DNA from: Syntrophales bacterium
GTDB lineage: Bacteria > Desulfobacterota > Syntrophia > Syntrophales > PHBD01
DNA length: 64,000 bases
Reading direction: 5' to 3'
Assembly: GCA_963668175.1 (NCBI GenBank)
Contig: OY764159.1
Location: forward strand, 1,152,001-1,216,000
In this document: positions 10,590-21,684 of the stretch, piece by piece
Numbering within the stretch: the stretch's first letter is position 1
Layout of the letters: every line of letters starts with the position of its first letter
The notes under the pieces: model-generated
Told to the model about the DNA's origin: nothing
The model's input: only the letters and a program-made list of their open reading frames with translations
The model's database searches: none
Translations under genes and position numbers: made by a program

Positions 10590-12158
10590 CTACAGCGGGA
10601 TGTTGTTGTGCTTCTTAACCAGGCGGACTTCGGCTTTGTCCTTCAATGCGTCGAGAATGGCGATGACGCGCTTGCGCGTTTCCCGCGGCGCGATGATCTC
10701 TTCGATGATGCCCATAGTGGCGGCAAAGTACGGGTTGTTGAACTGGTCTTCATAGGACTTGACAAGCTCCGCCCTCTTGGCCGCAGGGTCCGGCGCCTCG
10801 TTGATTTCCCGGCGGTAGATGATGTTGCAGGCCCCTTCGGCGCCCATGACGGCGATTTCAGCCGACGGCCAGGCCATGACGAAGTCGGCGCCCAGGTACT
10901 TGCTGCACATGCCGATGTAGGCCCCGCCGTAGTCCTTGCGCGTGACGACGGTCAGCTTGGGAACGGTGGCTTCCGCATAGGCATGGAGCAGCTTGGCTCC
11001 GTGGCTGATGATTCCCGACCATTCCTGCGCCGTTCCGGGCATGTAACCGGGGACGTCGGAGAAGGTCAAGAGTGGGATATTGAAAGCGTCGCAGAAGCGG
11101 ATGAACCGCGAGGCCTTGTCCGAAGCATTGACGTCGAGGACGCCGGCGCCGAATTTCGGATTGTTGGCGATGACGCCGACCGTTTTGCCCATGACGCGGA
11201 TAAAGGCGACGAGCATGTTCTTCGCCCACATTTCATGGCATTCGAAGACATTGCCGTTGTCGGCGACCGCTTCGACGACCTTCCTCATGTCGTAACCGCG
11301 GGTCGCCCTGTCGGGGATGATCTTGTCCAGTTCTGGACAGAGCCTGTCGGCCGTGTCCGTGCATTCAGCCGCGGGCAGGGGGGAATGGCAGCTGTCCGGA
11401 ATGAACGAAAGGAGTGTCTTGACCTGATTGATGCAGTCCTCGTCGTTTTCCGTCGCGAAATGGCAGACGCCGCTCTTCGTGGCATGGGCGACGGCGCCGC
11501 CGAGATCGTCATGGCTCACTTCTTCGCCGATGACGGCCTTGATGACGTCCGGCCCGGTGATGTACATGTAGCTGGTCTTCTTGACCATGAAGACCCAGTC
11601 GGTCAGGGCGGGCGAATAGACCGCGCCTCCCGCCGTCGGGCCCATGATGGCCGTAATCTGGGGAATATAGCCCGAACCGATGGTGTTGCGATAGAAGATG
11701 CCGCCGTATCCGTCGAGGGCCGGGACGCCTTCCTGGATGCGGGCGCCGCCCGAGTCGTTCAGCGCCACGAAGGGTTTCCTGGCGTCGATGGCCATATCCA
11801 TGACTTTCCAGATCTTCTTGGCGTGCATCTCACCGAGGCTTCCCCCGGAACTCGTGAAATCCTGGGCCGCGGCGAAGACGGTCCGGCCGTTGACTTTACC
11901 GAATCCGGTTACGACGCCGTCGGCGTTGATCTCCTTCTTGTCCAACCCAAACAGGGGCGAACGGTGTTTCACGAACAGCTGCACTTCCTGGAACGTGTCT
12001 TTGTCAAAGAGGAGTGCCAGCCGTTCCCGGGCCGTCATTTTGCCCAGTTCGTGCTGCTTCTTGACCATTTTGTCGCCGCCCATGGTCATCAGGGCGTCCC
12101 GTTTGGCCTCAAATGCCTCGATTTTTGCTTCCGTTAAGCTCTTTTTCTCCTTTTCCAT
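10590..12158 (-). CDS. Acyl-CoA carboxyltransferase beta subunit (propionyl-/methylmalonyl-CoA type)
   Basis: GKMTARERL, DSGGARIQEG, GGAVYSPALTD, EIAVMGAEGA, KKHNNIPL. Confidence 0.95.
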   Translation of the reverse strand: MEKEKKSLTEAKIEAFEAKRDALMTMGGDKMVKKQHELGKMTARERLALLFDKDTFQEVQLFVKHRSPLFGLDKKEINADGVVTGFGKVNGRTVFAAAQDFTSSGGSLGEMHAKKIWKVMDMAIDARKPFVALNDSGGARIQEGVPALDGYGGIFYRNTIGSGYIPQITAIMGPTAGGAVYSPALTDWVFMVKKTSYMYITGPDVIKAVIGEEVSHDDLGGAVAHATKSGVCHFATENDEDCINQVKTLLSFIPDSCHSPLPAAECTDTADRLCPELDKIIPDRATRGYDMRKVVEAVADNGNVFECHEMWAKNMLVAFIRVMGKTVGVIANNPKFGAGVLDVNASDKASRFIRFCDAFNIPLLTFSDVPGYMPGTAQEWSGIISHGAKLLHAYAEATVPKLTVVTRKDYGGAYIGMCSKYLGADFVMAWPSAEIAVMGAEGACNIIYRREINEAPDPAAKRAELVKSYEDQFNNPYFAATMGIIEEIIAPRETRKRVIAILDALKDKAEVRLVKKHNNIPL

Positions 12159-12373
12159 AAAAAAACGATCTCCTTCTGCATTTTATTTGTATTCCGCAGC
12201 GGGGATTGTTCTGCTTTTCACAAGTCCGATAACGCCAGATCGGCCCCCGGAGCGATCCGTCCCTTTCATCCTGCCTGACGATGGGAAGCGGCCTCTCACG
12301 GCAACCCCTGCTTATGGAATTTCTGCCGTCATTTCAAAGATCTGCCCCGCCGATCCTGCGTCGGGATTTTGCC

Positions 12374-12402
12374 TTGACCTTCGGTCTTCGCTACGATATA
12401 AA
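12374..12402 (+). promoter_or_regulatory. Putative sigma-70 promoter of pgk
   Basis: TTGACC-17 bp-TATAAA. Confidence 0.6.
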
Positions 12403-12488
12403 AACCGCTGTCTTGAGCTGGCAGGGCAATGTGCCTGTTAGGAATTGGCCTTATACCCTGTTTAAAAAAAAATGGCAAGGAGGCTTAC

Positions 12489-13682
12489 GTGAAATATATA
12501 GATGAAATGAATCTGAAAGGAAAAAGGGTTCTCTTTCGCTTCGATTTCAACGTTCCCATGGATAGTTCCCTGAATATTACCGACGATACCCGGATCCGGT
12601 CCGTCTTGCCGACCATCAATTACGCCCTCGACGAGGGGGCCAAGATCATCATCTCCTCGCACCTGGGGCGTCCCAAGGGAAAGGTGGTTCCGTCGATGAG
12701 TCTGGCACCTGTAGCAAAGAGGCTGTCCCGGCTGCTCGACAAGAGAGTGGATATCGCGGGAGACTGCATCGGAGACGACGTCATGAAAATAGTCGACGGC
12801 ATGAAGCCGGGGGACATCGTCATGCTGGAGAATCTCCGTTTCCACGCCGCGGAGGAAAAGAATTCGGACGAATTCGCCCAGCAGCTGGCACGTTACGCCG
12901 ATGTCTACATCGACGACGCTTTCGGCAACGCCCATCGCAGCCACGCCTCCAATGTCGCTATTACCAAGTTCGTCAAGGAATGCGGCGCGGGTTTTCTCAT
13001 CAAGAAGGAGATGAATTATCTGAAGAACGTGCTGGACATGCCGGCGCGGCCCTTTGTCGCCATTATCGGCGGCTCCAAAGTCTCGGACAAACTCGAGGCC
13101 TTAAGCCATTTGATTAAAAAAGTCGACAAGATGATCATCGGCGGCGGTATGGCCTTCACCTTCCTGAAAGCGCAGGGGTATGTCGTCGGCCAGTCCCTGG
13201 TGGAGGACGATCTCATTGCCAAGGCCCAGGATGTGATGAAGACGGCGAAAGAACTGGGCGTGAAACTCTATCTGCCCATCGACTGTGTCATTGCCGAAAG
13301 GAAAACCGCCGATTCGGAAACGAAGATCGTACCGGTCCAGGAGATCAATCCCCATTGGGCGGGTTACGATATCGGCCCGGCCACGATCACCCTCTTCTCG
13401 GAAGCTTTAAGCAACGCCAAGACGATCGTCTGGAACGGCCCCATGGGGGTTTTCGAGATCGACGCCTTCGGGCGGGGCACTTCGGCGCTGGCCCACAGCG
13501 TTGCCAATTCCTACGCCGTGACCATCGTCGGCGGAGGCGATACGGATGTCGCCATTCACAAGGCCGGCCAGAGCGACAACATCACATATATCTCGACAGG
13601 CGGCGGCGCCTCCCTGGAACTCCTGGAAGGCAAGGTCTTGCCGGGGATCGGTGCCCTGGAGATGTGCAACAATACGATATAG
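12489..13682 (+). CDS. pgk: Phosphoglycerate kinase
   Basis: [44 protein letters not shown] start after AAGGAGG. Confidence 0.98.
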   Translation: MKYIDEMNLKGKRVLFRFDFNVPMDSSLNITDDTRIRSVLPTINYALDEGAKIIISSHLGRPKGKVVPSMSLAPVAKRLSRLLDKRVDIAGDCIGDDVMKIVDGMKPGDIVMLENLRFHAAEEKNSDEFAQQLARYADVYIDDAFGNAHRSHASNVAITKFVKECGAGFLIKKEMNYLKNVLDMPARPFVAIIGGSKVSDKLEALSHLIKKVDKMIIGGGMAFTFLKAQGYVVGQSLVEDDLIAKAQDVMKTAKELGVKLYLPIDCVIAERKTADSETKIVPVQEINPHWAGYDIGPATITLFSEALSNAKTIVWNGPMGVFEIDAFGRGTSALAHSVANSYAVTIVGGGDTDVAIHKAGQSDNITYISTGGGASLELLEGKVLPGIGALEMCNNTI

Positions 13683-13703
13683 CGAAAGCGATATATCGGA
13701 TTC

Positions 13704-13735
13704 AAAGGGGAAAGGGTGCTTTCCCCTTTCTGTTT
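13704..13735 (+). terminator. Rho-independent terminator after pgk
   Basis: AAAGGGGAAAG-GGTG-CTTTCCCCTTT then CTGTTT. Confidence 0.6.
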
Positions 13736-13748
13736 CAGGGGCATCCCG

Positions 13749-14486
13749 ATGCGCAACATCAAGATGATTGTGGAGTATGACGGTACCGCCTACCACGGCT
13801 GGCAGCGCCAGATCAACGGTATCAGCATCCAGCAGCTCCTGGAGGAAAAACTCGGTATCATCACCAGGGAAAAGATCAAAATCGTCGGTTCGGGGAGGAC
13901 CGACGCCGGCGTCCACGCCCTGAATCAGGTCGCCAGTTTCAGAATGGAATCGGCCATCGGGGAAAAGAACCTCCTCGACGGCGTCAACAGCCTCCTGCCC
14001 CGGGATGTCGTGGTCAAATCGCTTGTAGAAGTCGCTGCTTCGTTCCATGCCCGGCGCGATGCCGTAAGCAAGGTCTACTGTTACCAGGTCTTCAACAGCC
14101 CGGTCCGTCCGGCGATGCAGAGAAATTTTTGCTGGGCCGTCTTCCCGCCTCTCGATATCGGCCGGATGCACGAGGCCGCAGCTTATCTCCTCGGCCGTCA
14201 CGATTTTACCTCGTTCAGCACTGTCCACACCGATGTGAAGGATTTTGTCAGGACCATCAAGGACATAAACATCGAAACCGACGGGTCGGGCATGATCCGC
14301 TTCCTGGTGGAAGCCGACGGCTTTTTGAGGTATATGGTGAGGACGATTGTCGGCACCCTGGTCGAGGTGGGCAAGGGGAAGCGCGAAGCCGACAGCATGG
14401 CGGGCCTCCTTGAGGCAAGGGACCGTAACCTGGCCGGGATGACTGCGCCGCCCCAGGGGCTGTTTCTTAAAGAAGTGAAATACTGA
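13749..14486 (+). CDS. truA: tRNA pseudouridine(38-40) synthase
   Basis: EYDGTAYHGWQRQ, SGRTDAGVHA, GFLRYMVR, TAPPQGLFL. Confidence 0.97.
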   Translation: MRNIKMIVEYDGTAYHGWQRQINGISIQQLLEEKLGIITREKIKIVGSGRTDAGVHALNQVASFRMESAIGEKNLLDGVNSLLPRDVVVKSLVEVAASFHARRDAVSKVYCYQVFNSPVRPAMQRNFCWAVFPPLDIGRMHEAAAYLLGRHDFTSFSTVHTDVKDFVRTIKDINIETDGSGMIRFLVEADGFLRYMVRTIVGTLVEVGKGKREADSMAGLLEARDRNLAGMTAPPQGLFLKEVKY

Positions 14487-14624
14487 TTTTGCCGGGCAGA
14501 CGGGTTTGATGAACCCTCTTCCGCGGCCGATGGCGTCACACTGCGGCCCCCCCTGGCCCGGTATCGGCGGGTGCCGTATATATAATGGATGCAGGAGATG
14601 CTGAAGATGCTGGACAGACAGGCG

Positions 14625-15476
14625 ATGAAAATCCTGGTTCTGGGACACAAGGGCATGCTGGGGACGGACCTGATGGCGCGGCTCGGCCACCGTTACGAGG
14701 TCGCGGGCAGGGACATCGGCGATTTCGATCTTGCTTCGGCCGGATCCTGCCGGGATGTCATTTTTGACCTGCATCCCCGGGTGATCGTCAATGCGGCGGC
14801 ATTCACCGATGTAGACGGCTGCGAAACGCAGAAGGAAACCTGCATGGCCGTCAATGCCGGAGGCGTAAAAAATATTACCGAAGCCGCGGAAGAAATCGGC
14901 GCCAAGGTCGTTCATTTCAGTACCGACTACGTCTTTGACGGTGCCAAGGGCGAGCCTTATCTGGAAGACGACCCCACCTCACCGCTCAATGTCTACGGAC
15001 ATTCCAAGCTCGAAGGGGAGAAACTCCTGACCTCCTCCTCGGCTCCGTATATCCTGATCAGGACGGCCTGGCTTTACGGCGTCCATGGTAAGAATTTCGT
15101 CAAGACGATCATTCAAAAAGCGCAGACGGAGAAGAAACTGCGGGTTGTGGACGACCAGGTAGGGGCTCCGACCTTTTCCTGGGACCTTGCCGGGGCCGTC
15201 ATGGAGCTTATCGAAGGGGACCATACAGGCGTCTTTCACGTGACGAACCGGGGGACATGCAACTGGTACGAATTCGCCTGCAAAATCGTTCAATATCGAG
15301 GCATTACCGACGTTGATATCGCCCCGATCAAGACGGAGGAATTGCCGCGGCCGGCGATACGTCCCCGGTATTCCGTCCTGAATTGCCGCAAGTTCACCGA
15401 TGCGACGGGGAAGGTCATGCCTTTCTGGCAACTGGCCCTGCAGGAATGCTTGTCCAGGCTGCCCGCAGGCTTGTAG
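14625..15476 (+). CDS. rfbD: dTDP-4-dehydrorhamnose reductase
   Basis: GHKGMLG, NAAAFTDVD, STDYVFDG, YGHSKLEGE, VVDDQVGAPT. Confidence 0.95.
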   Translation: MKILVLGHKGMLGTDLMARLGHRYEVAGRDIGDFDLASAGSCRDVIFDLHPRVIVNAAAFTDVDGCETQKETCMAVNAGGVKNITEAAEEIGAKVVHFSTDYVFDGAKGEPYLEDDPTSPLNVYGHSKLEGEKLLTSSSAPYILIRTAWLYGVHGKNFVKTIIQKAQTEKKLRVVDDQVGAPTFSWDLAGAVMELIEGDHTGVFHVTNRGTCNWYEFACKIVQYRGITDVDIAPIKTEELPRPAIRPRYSVLNCRKFTDATGKVMPFWQLALQECLSRLPAGL

Positions 15477-15701
15477 CGGCCTTAACTGCCGGAAGGACTG
15501 AGGCGGTTCCGGACAGCGTATAAGAAATCATTTGATAATCCAACGAGATATGAATATGTACCTGCCGGACTTGCTTTTGCGGCCGGCTCCGGAGGTATGG
15601 TCCTTATCCTTGCCAGGCAGAATCCTTTTTAATTACGACTATCCCTGCAGCAGAAGACGATTCCGTGGCCGCTTCGATCGCTTTCAGTGTGTCCGACGTA
15701 G

Positions 15702-15717
15702 TGGAACACAGATTGCA
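15702..15717 (+). promoter_or_regulatory. Sigma-54 (-24/-12) promoter
   Basis: TGGAAC-ACAGA-TTGCA, GG-N10-GC spacing, one mismatch to TGGCAC-N5-TTGCW. Confidence 0.6.
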
Positions 15718-15904
15718 TAACATAATTTTACAAGCGGGGATGAACGGCACAGGCAGGGGAAAAGCCGGACCGGAAGAGGCCATCTTTGAAAGGTGAGGCA
15801 AGGATGGCCCGTCAAGGAAATATTTCGTAATCAGTCCTTGAGTTTTCATCCTTATATAGATAGGGTAGGCGAAAAAGAGAATCCACTTCCCGGAGGGGGC
15901 TGCC

Positions 15905-18679
15905 ATGGTAAGTTTATCTCATCCTAGGGTCGTTGCTTGGATAGGATTGGTTGTGTTGCTGGTGCTACAGGGTTGCACCGTTGCCACAAAAAGTACCATC
16001 ATATCTCCCGAGATTCGAAGTCTCTTTAAAGGTAAGTACGAAATCGGCCCCGACATGGAGAAGGAGAAACTGAGGCCGAAGTCCATTGCCGTGCTTCCCT
16101 TTGTGAACAAGGCCGCAAGCCAGCGGGGTTCCGAGGAGGTGCGCCGCGGCTTCTACAACCATTTCAGTTCCCTGCCTTTTAACGACATGCAGCTTTTCCG
16201 GGTGGACAATGCCTTGCGGAAGGCCGGGTATACCGATCCCCTTGCCATCAATCAGATGAAGCCCCAGGAACTGGGGAAAATTCTCGGTGTGGATGCCGTC
16301 GTCTATGGGGAAATCACCGACTTCGACAAGCTGTTCCTGGCGATCTATTCCCAGGTGGCTGTGGGGGCCAAGATCAGGATGTACGATACGAAGACGGGGA
16401 ATTTCCTCTGGAGCGGCGAGCATACGGCAAGGATTCACGAAGGAGGCATCTCGACGACACCCTTGGGAATCATCGCCACCGTCGTGGCGACATCGCTTAA
16501 TATGAGGGATATCCAATTGCTTCGGGCTTGCGACGATCTTTTCCGGGATATGGTCAAGACCATCCCGACGCCGTCCATCGCCGATGCCCTGCAGCCTCCG
16601 TCCATCACGTTGCTTACGCAGGACACGAAGAATCTGCCGAAGAAGGCCGGTGACGAGATCAAGGTCGTCATCCAGGGCGAGCCGAAGATGCTGGCCACGT
16701 TCGATATCGGCGATTACAAGAAACAGATCGATATGAAGGAAGTGGAGCCGGGTTGGTATCTCGGCGTCTACAAGGTCGTTCCCGGGGATAACGTCCGCAA
16801 GGCCATCATCACCGGCCGCCTCGCCTATCCCAATTCGCCCGGCCAGTACAGCGAATGGATCGATGCGGTGGGGACTGTGACGCTCAAGACGACGCCCCCG
16901 GATACGCCCAAGAATCCTGCGTCCGTCGGGCGCAACAGGGTCGTTCTTCTGAACTGGAACAAGTCTTCCGATTCCGATCTGATCGGTTACCGTGTTTACA
17001 GGAGCGCAACGCCCCTCGCCGGTTATCAGGAAATCGCCCGGACGGAGTTTACCGAGTACAGGGACCAGGCACCGGAGTTGGCGAACGATCAAAAATATTT
17101 CTATAAGGTGACCGCTGTGGATGCAGCGGGCAACGAAAGCGAAAAGTCCGATACGATAACCGGCATGCCGGTTGCGCCCGGCCCGACCCCCGTCGCGGGA
17201 ATCGTCGAGGCGGACCGGACCTGGTATTCGGGAGCGAGCCCTTACATCATCGAAGATACCGTGATCGTGAAAGACAAGGCCGTGCTGACGATCGAACCGG
17301 GGACGGAGATCCGTTCCAAGGGCGGTGCCCTGATCGTCGAGGGACAGATCAAGGCCCAGGGTGACGGCGAGCATGTGATCCTTTTCGATACGGCCGTCGA
17401 AGGCAAGGCCTGGAAGGGTATCGTCTTCAGGAACGTGAAAGACAAGGAGAACGTTCTTAGATATCTCCGCATCAGGAATGCCGATGCGGGCGTCACCTGT
17501 GAGGCGTCGTCGCCCCGGATAGAATTCTCCGAGTTTGCCGAAAACGCTTCGGCTGTGAAGATCACCGGCGCCTTTTCCAAGCCCCGCTTAAGCCGCAACA
17601 CCATCCAAAAGAACCGGGAAGCGGCCGTAGTTATCACGGACGGCGCGCAGCCGGCGATCGAGGACAACCGCATCATCGATAATGAAAAGGGCGGCATTCT
17701 GGCTAGGGGTTCCGCTCCGGCGATCATCCACAACGAGATCAGCCGGAACCGCGGGGCCGGCATCGTTCTCAATCGGAGCCAGGCCAACATCGCCGAGAAC
17801 AACATCACCGACAACGAGCCTTTCAATGTATCGGCCGACATGACGGGCGAGCCCGTCCCGGCGCTGAAGAACTGGTGGGGGTCCGCCAAGGGCGCCGACG
17901 TCCTGGCGAAAATCAGCGGCAAGATCAACATCGGAACGGTCCTCGGCGCACCATGGCCCGGCGGCAAGGATGTCGAACTGCCCATCCTGACAAGCCAGCT
18001 CGGCGGCGCCATCAAGGCCGATTCCTTCCTCATCCTGGCCAACAGCCCCTATCGGGTGGTGAAGGATGTCGTCGTCGACGGCGGGGCCACCCTCTATGTC
18101 GAGGCCGGGGTCGAGATCCGCTACGACCAGAACCGGTCCATCAGCGTGGAAGACGGCGGCATTATGGCCAAGGGCACCAGGAAGGCCCCGATTGTTTTCA
18201 CCGCTTCGTCGCCGTCGCCGTCGCCGGGTTTCTACAACAGCGCCGTCAAGTTCATGAAGAAAACCCAGGTCAACAGCGCCTTTTCCTACTGCATCGTCAA
18301 GTATGCCGAAACGGCCTTCGACGTCCATTACGGATCGCCCGATTTTTCCTACTGCTATATCGCCCATAACGCCCAGAGCGGTCTTTTCTGCCGCAACGAT
18401 TCGGCGCCGACGATCACCTACAATACGTTTACGGGCAACCGCGGCGAAGGGGCCGTCAAGAGCGTGGGCATGTCGCGGCCGCTCATCAAGAACAACAATT
18501 TCATCAACAACGAGGTGGCCGTCCAGACCTTCTCGACTATCTATATCGATGCGAGCAACAACTGGTGGGGCAGGAATCCGCCCGATCTCAACGTCATATG
18601 GGGGGACCCCGATAAGAACATCCGGATCAAACCGTGGCTGACGTCCCCGGAGAAGCAGGCCTTTTCCGAGAAGAAATAA
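15905..18679 (+). CDS. Large lipoprotein: GNA1162/DUF799-like domain + fibronectin type III + two right-handed beta-helix blocks
   Basis: Lipobox LQGC; PKSIAVLPFVN...LGVDAVVYGEI; FN3 LNW...GYRVYRS...YKVTAVD; two SPY...L(T/Y)(I/V)E.G blocks with Asn ladders ending in NWWG. Confidence 0.8.
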   Translation: MVSLSHPRVVAWIGLVVLLVLQGCTVATKSTIISPEIRSLFKGKYEIGPDMEKEKLRPKSIAVLPFVNKAASQRGSEEVRRGFYNHFSSLPFNDMQLFRVDNALRKAGYTDPLAINQMKPQELGKILGVDAVVYGEITDFDKLFLAIYSQVAVGAKIRMYDTKTGNFLWSGEHTARIHEGGISTTPLGIIATVVATSLNMRDIQLLRACDDLFRDMVKTIPTPSIADALQPPSITLLTQDTKNLPKKAGDEIKVVIQGEPKMLATFDIGDYKKQIDMKEVEPGWYLGVYKVVPGDNVRKAIITGRLAYPNSPGQYSEWIDAVGTVTLKTTPPDTPKNPASVGRNRVVLLNWNKSSDSDLIGYRVYRSATPLAGYQEIARTEFTEYRDQAPELANDQKYFYKVTAVDAAGNESEKSDTITGMPVAPGPTPVAGIVEADRTWYSGASPYIIEDTVIVKDKAVLTIEPGTEIRSKGGALIVEGQIKAQGDGEHVILFDTAVEGKAWKGIVFRNVKDKENVLRYLRIRNADAGVTCEASSPRIEFSEFAENASAVKITGAFSKPRLSRNTIQKNREAAVVITDGAQPAIEDNRIIDNEKGGILARGSAPAIIHNEISRNRGAGIVLNRSQANIAENNITDNEPFNVSADMTGEPVPALKNWWGSAKGADVLAKISGKINIGTVLGAPWPGGKDVELPILTSQLGGAIKADSFLILANSPYRVVKDVVVDGGATLYVEAGVEIRYDQNRSISVEDGGIMAKGTRKAPIVFTASSPSPSPGFYNSAVKFMKKTQVNSAFSYCIVKYAETAFDVHYGSPDFSYCYIAHNAQSGLFCRNDSAPTITYNTFTGNRGEGAVKSVGMSRPLIKNNNFINNEVAVQTFSTIYIDASNNWWGRNPPDLNVIWGDPDKNIRIKPWLTSPEKQAFSEKK

Positions 18680-18824
18680 TGCGCTTCGGGACAGATATAT
18701 TTTCTATTGAAAATCGGAGGGTGTTTTGTTATTCAAGCGCGGTGGGTTATGCATCACAAACGAATCGGTTGCCTTACCGCTTCCGGAGTCTGGCAAAGAT
18801 CAACATAAATCAAAGGAGGATTGT

Positions 18825-19730
18825 ATGAAATCAAGGCGCATGGCAGTAGTATCCATTGTTATGGGTTTGCTTTTCCTGTGGGTAGGCACCGGTTTCAGCC
18901 AGCAGCAGGGTGACGGTAAGGTCAGCATGACCGACTGGACGAAAATCATCGACTCGAAAGTCGCCGAACAGGTCGGCGACAAGGGTATCGTCAACTACGA
19001 AGAAGGGTATATCGAAGCAACAGGTACGGGCGCACCTCCCGAGAAGTACTACGGTAAACCGCAGGCACGCCCGATGGCCCTTCGCGCCGCCCAGATCGAT
19101 GCTTACAGGAACCTGCTTGAGGTTACCAAAGGCGTCCAGATCAGCTCCCAGACGACCGTCAAGGATTTCGTTACGGAAAGCGACGTGATCAACGCCCAGG
19201 TGGAAGGTCTCGTCAAGGGCGCGAAAGTGATGAACAAGGAATACCTCTCCGACGGGACGGTGGAAGTCACGGTCAGGATGCCCCTTAACGGCATAGCCAA
19301 GGCGGTCTTCCCCAAAGTAGTGGCCGACGATAAGAAAACCGTTGCCCTTCCTCCCCCTGTCAGGGTGAAACCGACGCCGTCGGGCGAAGATGTATATACG
19401 GGTCTCGTCATCGACGCCCGCGGGCTCCAGGCCCGTCCGGCCATGTCGCCCAAAGTCATCGACGAAAACGGCAAGGAGATCTACGGATCGCTCGTCGTCA
19501 ACAAGGACTATGCCGTTCAGCAGGGTATCAGCGGTTACGCCAGGGATCTGACGGCCGCCCAGGGGAACGCCAGGGTCACGAACAACCCCATCACGGTTAA
19601 GGGATTGAGCGCCGAAGGCGCCGGCAAGTCGGACATCAAGATCAGCAACGACGATGCCCAGAAGCTGCGGTCCGTGAAAGAGAATGTCGAGTTCATGAAG
19701 AAGTGCCGGGTCATGATCGTTCTCGACTGA
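18825..19730 (+). CDS. Secreted LPP20-like protein
   Basis: Signal peptide; MALRAAQIDAYRNLLE, YTGLVIDARG, PAMSPKVIDENG; RBS AAGGAGG. Confidence 0.7.
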   Translation: MKSRRMAVVSIVMGLLFLWVGTGFSQQQGDGKVSMTDWTKIIDSKVAEQVGDKGIVNYEEGYIEATGTGAPPEKYYGKPQARPMALRAAQIDAYRNLLEVTKGVQISSQTTVKDFVTESDVINAQVEGLVKGAKVMNKEYLSDGTVEVTVRMPLNGIAKAVFPKVVADDKKTVALPPPVRVKPTPSGEDVYTGLVIDARGLQARPAMSPKVIDENGKEIYGSLVVNKDYAVQQGISGYARDLTAAQGNARVTNNPITVKGLSAEGAGKSDIKISNDDAQKLRSVKENVEFMKKCRVMIVLD

Positions 19731-19759
19731 TCGACGGACTTAAGGAAAAACATTAATCG

Positions 19760-19797
19760 CCGCAGCCTTACGATCTCACGGGGCTGCGGTTTTTTTT
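19760..19797 (+). terminator. Rho-independent terminator
   Basis: CCGCAGCC...GGCTGCGG followed by T8. Confidence 0.8.
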
Positions 19798-19812
19798 GCA
19801 GAGGAGAAGAAC

Positions 19813-21678
19813 GTGCCGGGGATCATCCGTGTCCTTCCCGAATCGCTGACGAACAGGATCGCCGCCGGAGAAGTGGTCGAGCGGCCGGCGTCTATCGTCA
19901 AGGAACTGCTGGAGAATGCCATCGACGCCGGCGGGGACGATATCGCCGTTGAACTGGAGAAGGGTGGTTGCGCCGCCGTCCGGATCGTCGATAACGGCGC
20001 CGGCATGGATGCCGAGGATGTTCCCCTGGCCTTTGAGCGGTATGCCACAAGCAAGATTTACCGGTTCGACGACATATACAGCGTCCGTTCTTTCGGGTTC
20101 CGGGGCGAAGCCCTGCCCAGCATAGCCTCCATCGCCCGCGTCGAAATGACGTCCCGCAAAAAAGAGGCCGTCGCCGGGACGAAGATCATTGTAGAAGCCG
20201 GTACGGTGAAAGAAGTTACGGCAGCGGGCTGTCCCGCGGGCACGGCGGTGACGGTGTCCCGCATCTTCGAGCCTGTCCCCGTCCGGAAGAAGTTTTTGAA
20301 GGCGGAAGCCACGGAGCAGGGGGCCTGCATCGACGTCATCGTCCGGACCGCCCTTGCCCATCCTTCCGTCCGGATCAAGGTCGTCGCGAACAAACGCGAT
20401 ATCCTGAATATCCCTGCCGCCAAAGATGCCGCGGAGCGTGTATCCCTCGTTTTAGGGCTCGATTTCGCCGAAAGGGTCCTGCCTGTCCGGTTGGACCGGA
20501 ACGGGACGGCCATCAGCGGGTTCGTTTCGCCGCCCGATTTGACGCGATCGAACAGCAAGCAGGTCTATTGCTATGTCAACCGTCGGTATGTCCGGGATCA
20601 TCTCCTGAACCATGCCGTGATGACGGCTTACCGGCGGCTGATCGAGGCCAAGAGGTATCCCGCCGTCGTCCTCTTTATCGACCTTCCTCCGGAAGACGTC
20701 GATGTAAATGTCCATCCCGCGAAGATGGAGGTCCGTTTCCGTAATCCCCGGGAGGTGTATGACGCGATCGTGGCCGCCGTCTGGGGGGCGCTGTCCTCGT
20801 CGCCCCTTGCGGCCGTTGTCCGGGAGGATAAGGAGTATCCGGCCGTAGACCCGGCAAGCAGCCGGGACTATCAGGCGCGGGTCGGCGAGGCCCTGAAACG
20901 CTACACGTTATCTCCGGGGAGCGAGCGGCTTCCCTTCTCCCGGGAACAGTTCGGACGGCCGTATGCGAAGCCCGCGGCGCCGTTCATCCGGCAGGCGTAT
21001 GGAAAGGGCGAGGAGCAGGTGCATGTGCGGGAACAGGTACAAGAGGCGGGGCGGGAACCGGTGCCGGAGCCGATACGGGAGCCGGTACCGTCCATCATCC
21101 TGGGCGATCTCCATTACCTCGGCCAGATAGTCGACACATACCTGGTTTTTGCCGCGACCAGCGGCATGGTCCTGGTCGATCAGCATGCCGCCCACGAACG
21201 GATTCTTTTCGAAAAATTCAAGGCCGCATCCGCTTCGCAAAAGACGATCGGCCAGCAGCTTCTCATCCCCGAAGTCATCAGCCTGTCTCCCAGGGACCTT
21301 CGCTTCATTCTTGACAATACGGAGGTTCTTGCGTCGGTCGGTATCGAAATCGAGGCCTTCGGGGGTGATGCCGTCGTTGTCAAGTCCGTGCCGTCCATCG
21401 CCGGGCAGATGGAGCCCCGGGGCATCATCATGGATATCCTGGACGAGTTTTCCGAGACGGAACGCGCGTCGAGCATTGCGGACAAGAGGGAGAAGATGAT
21501 GGTCTCTCTCGCCTGCAAGGCGGCCGTCAAGGCCAACCGGAGGCTGGTGCCCGAAGAAGTGGCGGCCCTCTGCCGCGATCTCGACCGGCTGGCTTACGGC
21601 GGGACGTGCCCCCACGGCAGGCCGGTCTTCGTCGCCTTCCGGACCGGGGACCTCGAGAAGATGTTCAAGAGGAAATGA
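19813..21678 (+). CDS. mutL: DNA mismatch repair endonuclease MutL
   Basis: IAAGEVVERPASIVKELLENAIDAG, GFRGEAL, DQHAAHERILFE, CPHGRP. Confidence 0.98.
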   Translation: MPGIIRVLPESLTNRIAAGEVVERPASIVKELLENAIDAGGDDIAVELEKGGCAAVRIVDNGAGMDAEDVPLAFERYATSKIYRFDDIYSVRSFGFRGEALPSIASIARVEMTSRKKEAVAGTKIIVEAGTVKEVTAAGCPAGTAVTVSRIFEPVPVRKKFLKAEATEQGACIDVIVRTALAHPSVRIKVVANKRDILNIPAAKDAAERVSLVLGLDFAERVLPVRLDRNGTAISGFVSPPDLTRSNSKQVYCYVNRRYVRDHLLNHAVMTAYRRLIEAKRYPAVVLFIDLPPEDVDVNVHPAKMEVRFRNPREVYDAIVAAVWGALSSSPLAAVVREDKEYPAVDPASSRDYQARVGEALKRYTLSPGSERLPFSREQFGRPYAKPAAPFIRQAYGKGEEQVHVREQVQEAGREPVPEPIREPVPSIILGDLHYLGQIVDTYLVFAATSGMVLVDQHAAHERILFEKFKAASASQKTIGQQLLIPEVISLSPRDLRFILDNTEVLASVGIEIEAFGGDAVVVKSVPSIAGQMEPRGIIMDILDEFSETERASSIADKREKMMVSLACKAAVKANRRLVPEEVAALCRDLDRLAYGGTCPHGRPVFVAFRTGDLEKMFKRK

Positions 21679-21684
21679 CGGTCC

